Under the pieces are notes generated by a model. It ran no database searches, was not told where the DNA came from, and saw only the letters and a program-made list of their open reading frames with translations. A stretch of 64,000 nucleotides of DNA from Elsinoe ampelina (lineage: Eukaryota). Both the position numbers and the translations under genes were made by a program. This document shows, one piece after another, positions 59,085 to 64,000 of the stretch (position 1 is its first letter; every line of letters begins with the position of its first letter). The stretch covers positions 840,506 to 904,505 of the forward strand of contig ML992508.1 of assembly GCA_010093995.1 (NCBI GenBank), in the 5' to 3' direction.

Positions 59085-60900
59085 ATACCTACTCCGCTAA
59101 GCGATAGTAACACTCGGTTAAGTACTTAGAACGTTCGATTTCGAGACCCTCTAGCATTAGAGAAGCCTAATAAACACTCTCTAAGCAATTTATATTACTC
59201 TAGCTACTTAATAGCTAGTAAGCTACTATCTACCTTTAAGCCTAAGCTTATCCGTTTAAAACCGCTAACTAGTCGTAAGAGAAGGAAACCTTAAGCTATA
59301 ACTATAGAAACTAGTAAGGAGGAGGACGCGCCGGTTATAAAGGCTATTAAAAAGACTCCGCCGAGACGGCCGAAAAAGGGAGCTAAGAATACTAATAGTC
59401 TAAGAACCTATACTTGCGCTAAGAGTAACCCCCGACAACCTCTTAGCATACTATAAGATAGCGATATAAACAAACGAACACTACGAGGGGCTTTAGGGAG
59501 TCGGAAAGGTGTCTAGCGCTTTATTTCTAACTCCTCTAGTGCTCGTAGTGTTATATCGTCGTCGCCGAGGAGTCGGTAGGTGTTAAGCTAGTAGGAGGCT
59601 TTACTACTAGCCTCCTCGTAGCTGCGGGTTGTTAATTTCCTTTTGCGGTAGATTACTAAACTTAATAGAGGCATAATTAGCAACGTAGAGAGTACTAGAA
59701 ACACTACTAAGAGTCTATTAGGCCTCTAGCTAGATTTAAGCTGCCTTGTTAACCGTACTACTAGCGAGATAGGGGTCGAGTTACGTATTAAGGACTATAA
59801 TGCCGAGCTCTTTAACCGTATAAATACCCTTAAACTATGCGCTGTCTTTAAGGACTTTAGTGCCCTCGACTCTTTCTATTATAGGCTTAAGTAGTAGCTG
59901 CAATTTTATAGCAATATTAAGGTCTAGTACCTTAAGCTTGTTATTAGAGAGTTATAGATTACACCGGCGGTAGAGGTACTAGTTACGCTAGTTACGCTAA
60001 GCGCTCCTCTAGAGGTATTATAATCTTAGTAGTTAGCGCCTCCTCTGCCGACTAAGTACGTGCCACCGGATGCTTAAATAAGCTAGAATAACCTTAGGGA
60101 GGTGCGCACTAACTTAGCACATAATTACTAGGCTAAGATGTACTTCCGAGACTAATTCTAGCTTAATATAAGGAGTTTTTAGAGTTGTACTAGCGTATAC
60201 TATCTAAATAAGTGTCGAGTAGCGTGCTTCTCTATAGATAACGCCGAGTTAATTATATACTATTCTATCACTAAGGACGTGGCTTTTACATAGCGTAAGA
60301 ACCTCCGCGCTAGTAATTCGACTATCTAGTAGCCTTTAAAGTACATAATTAAGCAAATTTAGAAGGCCTATTACCGGATTTAGAAACAACGTAACTAACG
60401 CTAAGGTATTAAAGGCTAGTTCTTCTCCTCTTTCTCCGGGGCTCTACTATACTCTCTCTACCCTCCCTCTCTCTACTAATAATTCTTTATAAATAGCTAT
60501 AGTCCTATAGCACCTCTTCCGACCTCTACTAATACTCCTACTAACCCTTATTATCTAGCTTAACGTAGTTTAAGGTTACTACGCTCTTAAAGTAATAGAT
60601 TCTCCTTGTGCGCTAAGGGACTTAACTCTCTAGCCTACCTCTGCTAATTTTTTAAGTTTCTTAAGCATAAAAATCCAGCTTACTAAGCATAGCTTAGTGC
60701 TACCTTTACGGACCTCGAGCGTAGCTATTAGAACGTAAGGCTGCTTTAAAAGGTATTAAAGGACAATGTTAAAGAGGCTATACTACAATTTAGCCTTCGT
60801 AGCCTTATTTAGTTGTCCCTCCGGAGGTTTATATATAAGCATTTACTACCTATCGATAGAGCACTATAGAACGACGCGTAGCGTAATAATAAGGCTAATA
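59085..60900 (+). pseudogene. Second ORF of the Tc1-like element (unknown function, Cys/His motif)
   Basis: One frame from 59085 past 60400 with only TAG/TAA stops; de-RIPed W-S-C-x4-C-x-N..C..H..W..P at ~60180-60335; 3' end approximate. Confidence 0.6.
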
Positions 60901-60949
60901 TTAAGACTAATATAGATAATAACGAGCTTATATAGTTCTTCTATTAATA

Positions 60950-61918
60950 TTACATATTTACTGTGTAACTCCTAAAGATAGTCTTCTAATCTACGCCGTC
61001 GCTAAACCTATTAGCCGCCTCTTACATAAAGTCTACAAAATCGCTATAATACTCTAGTAACAGCTACTCCGGCGTAAGGTGGCAGTAACGGCGTATCTAC
61101 TGCTTTAATAGGTAGAAGCTCTTCTCTATTAGATTAAGATCTAGTAAATAGGCCAGTAGAAAGATAACAGCGACCCTATAACTACGAGTAATATATATAA
61201 GTACCTAAAGTGTTAGCTTAGCGCTTACTTATATTCGATTTTGCTTACTTCACGCCGGTAAATCGAGTAATTATCTAGTATTACTACTAACCGCAGGCCT
61301 AGAAAAGGTATATACTATAGTATTAGGCAGTCCTAAAACTAATCCTCGAAGATCTCGGCGGTAATTAAGCCTTAGAAGACTATAGGATCCTTTAACTACC
61401 TCTCCTTAGTAATAGCTAGAAGCACTAAGAAGCGCTTACTAATATGCCGGCCTGTTTAATCCGCTACTAGCACGCCTTGTGTAGTATAACCTCGGCGCCT
61501 TATTAAGCACCTTTTACTTACTATAGCCTCGTTAACGAAGACGAGCTAGTTACTCTAATAGTGCTTAACGTCCTTACGCTAAGTACTATATAATCCCTCG
61601 TCTCTCTAGCTAGTAATCTAACCTATTACCTTAAGTAGCAAATCTCGAGAAAGGAGGCTACGACTAATAGTAGATTATAACACTAACACTCCCTATTTAA
61701 GCTTAAGGTACTCTACGTACTTATCTAAGTATATATTAGGCTTATCTATTGTAAGCTACTTAAGATTATTAAGCATCTCGTTAGTAAGGGTCCTTAGCTA
61801 ACCCCTATCTTAGAGGGCTATTAGAAGCTTAATATAGCTAGTATTACGCTAATTTTTGCGCCTCTAGCTAATAGCGCTACGTAAGAGGTAAGGTATAAGC
61901 CTATATATGCTATCTATT
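60950..61918 (-). pseudogene. DDE_3 (IS630/Tc1) transposase, RIP-inactivated
   Basis: De-RIPed PD.YLDE..VS.STISR (HTH), LVFVDE, RSVV.LDNCSIHR, FLPAYSPDLNPIEESF..LK.WIRR. Confidence 0.9.
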
Positions 61919-62312
61919 GTCCTTCTATTCTCAAAAAAGGCTTAGAGATCGCGTTAATCTTAGATAGATAGCTAAGATAGTTACGGCGCTATAAGATAGC
62001 AATCTAGCTCGCGTCTAGTTCGTGATCTAAGATAGAGTCTAATTCGCGCTAGATAGATATCTAACTCGGCCTCCGAGATGGATTAATAGTATAGACCAGT
62101 TCGGCTTCAAATAGATGCGAGATGGATAAATAATTCACGAAATGGGCAAATATTGGTGGATTTTGGTGGGTGCAGCTATCTAAAACGCCAAGCTTATCCC
62201 GCGATTTTTGGGCACAAGAATAGCTGACATGTCGAAAATGAAAGTTCAATCCATTCCTCTCCACTTTCTCTCTTTCTCTGCGGAATCCACTTGACACCTC
62301 TCCGTTCCAGCC

Positions 62313-64000
62313 ATGTTTGCGTGCGATACATGCAACAAATCGTTCAATCGTCGGGAGAATCTTGTCCGACACGAGAAGATTCGTAAGTCTGCCCACATGA
62401 ACGAGACTGCCGATGCGGTCTTTCAATCCGGCTGGCTGCCAATCCTCTGGTCAATATGATCGTACTCCACTAAGGTAGTCGATTGGCAGCACATTGGGAT
62501 TCGGCTAGGAACACTCTTTCCATAACAAGCACGGTCTTCAACTGCAAATTGAGCAACAACAGCTTTGCTTACTAGCATTTAGACAATACGGCACCTGCGT
62601 TTGTCTGCTCCACTTGTGGCAAAGGCTTCTCAAGGAGTGACGTAGCGAGGAGGCACGAAGCACTCATCCATGATGCTAGCTCAGCGACCCCTGAGAGTGT
62701 CACCCAAGGCTCCAAAAAGCGGCGAAGGGTGATAAGGACCGAGAGAGAACCGTCGAACCATGATCAATCGATCAGTACACGTTTTAATGTGCTCCGCTCT
62801 GGTACAAACATCGCTCCTGCAGGCACGCCAGAAGCTGCTCAAACCGAAGCTGTGCCTAACGAAACTGTAACCATGAGGGATGCGGCTCAAGGCAGTCTTC
62901 AAGACCTCTGGAGCAGTATGATCATAGAGGATATTGATATCGACAAGGTCATCAACGAGGACTGGCTCTTTCAGGACCTCTCACCGTCGGTGGATGTGTC
63001 GGCTTGGACTGATTTCGGCGTGCTACCTGCCGCAGACAACAATTCCAATGGACCAAGACCCTGGACTGAACGTGATACTCGTCTGAGTGAGCAGATGCAT
63101 TGCGCTCGACAACCGTTTCAACCTACAACAGACAACGAAGGCGAGGCTGGGTCGAACGTCCTCCCATCCGACCCAGCAGTTCTCAGAAGAGCGGCTTTCG
63201 TTCCGAATCCAGCTCTTCCAGATCCGTCAGATGCACGTGCTCGGATGGCCTCACCGCTAGACGAAACTACAAATTTGGATCATATCCCTTATGCGTGGAA
63301 GGCAGGCTCAGGTAGGCCACAAGGAGATGTTTTTATTGAGTTCGATCCCGAGGATCAGCTCTTCGCTGCACACGACAAAGGACACGATATCTCAGCCGAG
63401 ACGCTCCAGCAGTTGGAGTCTGACCACAGTCACCTGCTCGAACGTACTCACACTACTCAATTACAGATGCCTTCGTTGCGAGTAGTCAATGTGTTGATCG
63501 CTCTTTTCTACCAACACTTCTATCCACAGGCCCCCGCTATCCACAAGACTGTACACAAGGAAGAAATCCTTCGCCGACCGTACCTATTGACTGCAATGAT
63601 TGCAATCGGAGCTACCTATAGTGGTCGAAAAGGCGGTCGTAGGCTCGCCGTTCACCTAGTGGAGCAAAGCCGACGCTGCTTCCAAGCCGCCTTGGAAGAG
63701 GACAATAAGTTAATGCGAGACCCGCTCACGATCTACGCTGGGTACTTGATATGCTTCACTGGTCTATGGTGTGGTAATAAACGAGCCTTTGAATTGGCGG
63801 AAGCCTTTCGAGGGCAGCTTGTCACCTATGTTCGAAGGATACAAGCACATCTCCCTAATATTCCCACTGGTGCAGCCGATCCGGACACTCACTGGCGCCA
63901 CTGGATAGAGATTGAAACACAACGACGAATCTGCTGGCTCATCTACTACTTAGACTCCCAATTCCCAGCCCTGTTACACATACCACCAATGATGTCTGTC
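62313..64000 (+). CDS. C2H2 zinc-finger transcription factor with fungal-specific TF domain (3' truncated; intron 62383-62582)
   Basis: MFACDTCNKSFNRRENLVRHEKI|H..FVCSTCGKGFSRSDVARRHEALIH; later FYQHFYP..P.IH, LLTAM.AIGA.Y, WIE.E..RR..W..Y.LD. Confidence 0.9.

Larger units (their letters stand above)
58663..62220 (-). mobile_element. RIP-inactivated Tc1/mariner (IS630-like) DNA transposon, 3558 bp, two convergent ORFs
   Basis: Perfect 34-bp TIRs TTCTTGTGCCCAAAAATCGCGGGATAAGCTTGGC (58663-58696; reverse complement 62187-62220), TA TSD on both sides, RIP-type interior. Confidence 0.95.

Overview
Filamentous ascomycete (Pezizomycotina; probably a plant-associated Dothideomycete, inferred from RIP signature, short GT..CTRAC..AG introns and gene content) with a two-compartment layout. 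1-~22440 is an AT-rich, RIP-degraded transposon block that can be reconstructed: a DDE/integrase-core (IS3EU-like) DNA transposon gene split by two complete Ty3/gypsy chromoviruses (2288-10684, TSD ATTAG; 11367-18360, TSD GAGGC), a second partial copy of the latter (1-2013), and a TA-flanked MITE (3009-3514). Both retroelements carry extra antisense coding remnants 3' of pol, one with a Zn2Cys6-like motif. ~22440-58660 is gene-dense: secreted bacterial-type alpha/beta hydrolase, NOP1, RPL17, Tfc7-like histidine phosphatase, RPS22 (probable intronic snR44), TCTP, QDE-1-like RdRP, alpha-arrestin, TM9SF, GH13_5 amylase, cytochrome b561, Tgl2-like lipase (2-nt micro-exon), RAX1, RMD1/8, cutinase, GH78 rhamnosidase. 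A RIP-killed two-gene Tc1/IS630-type transposon with perfect 34-bp TIRs (58663-62220) sits in the divergent promoter between the rhamnosidase and a C2H2/fungal-specific TF (62313->end). The strongest signal not explained by the annotation is a recurring abrupt C-rich to G-rich strand switch (about six sites) that ignores gene orientation and appears to reshape protein composition. All calls come from manual reading and recalled family motifs; no searches were run.
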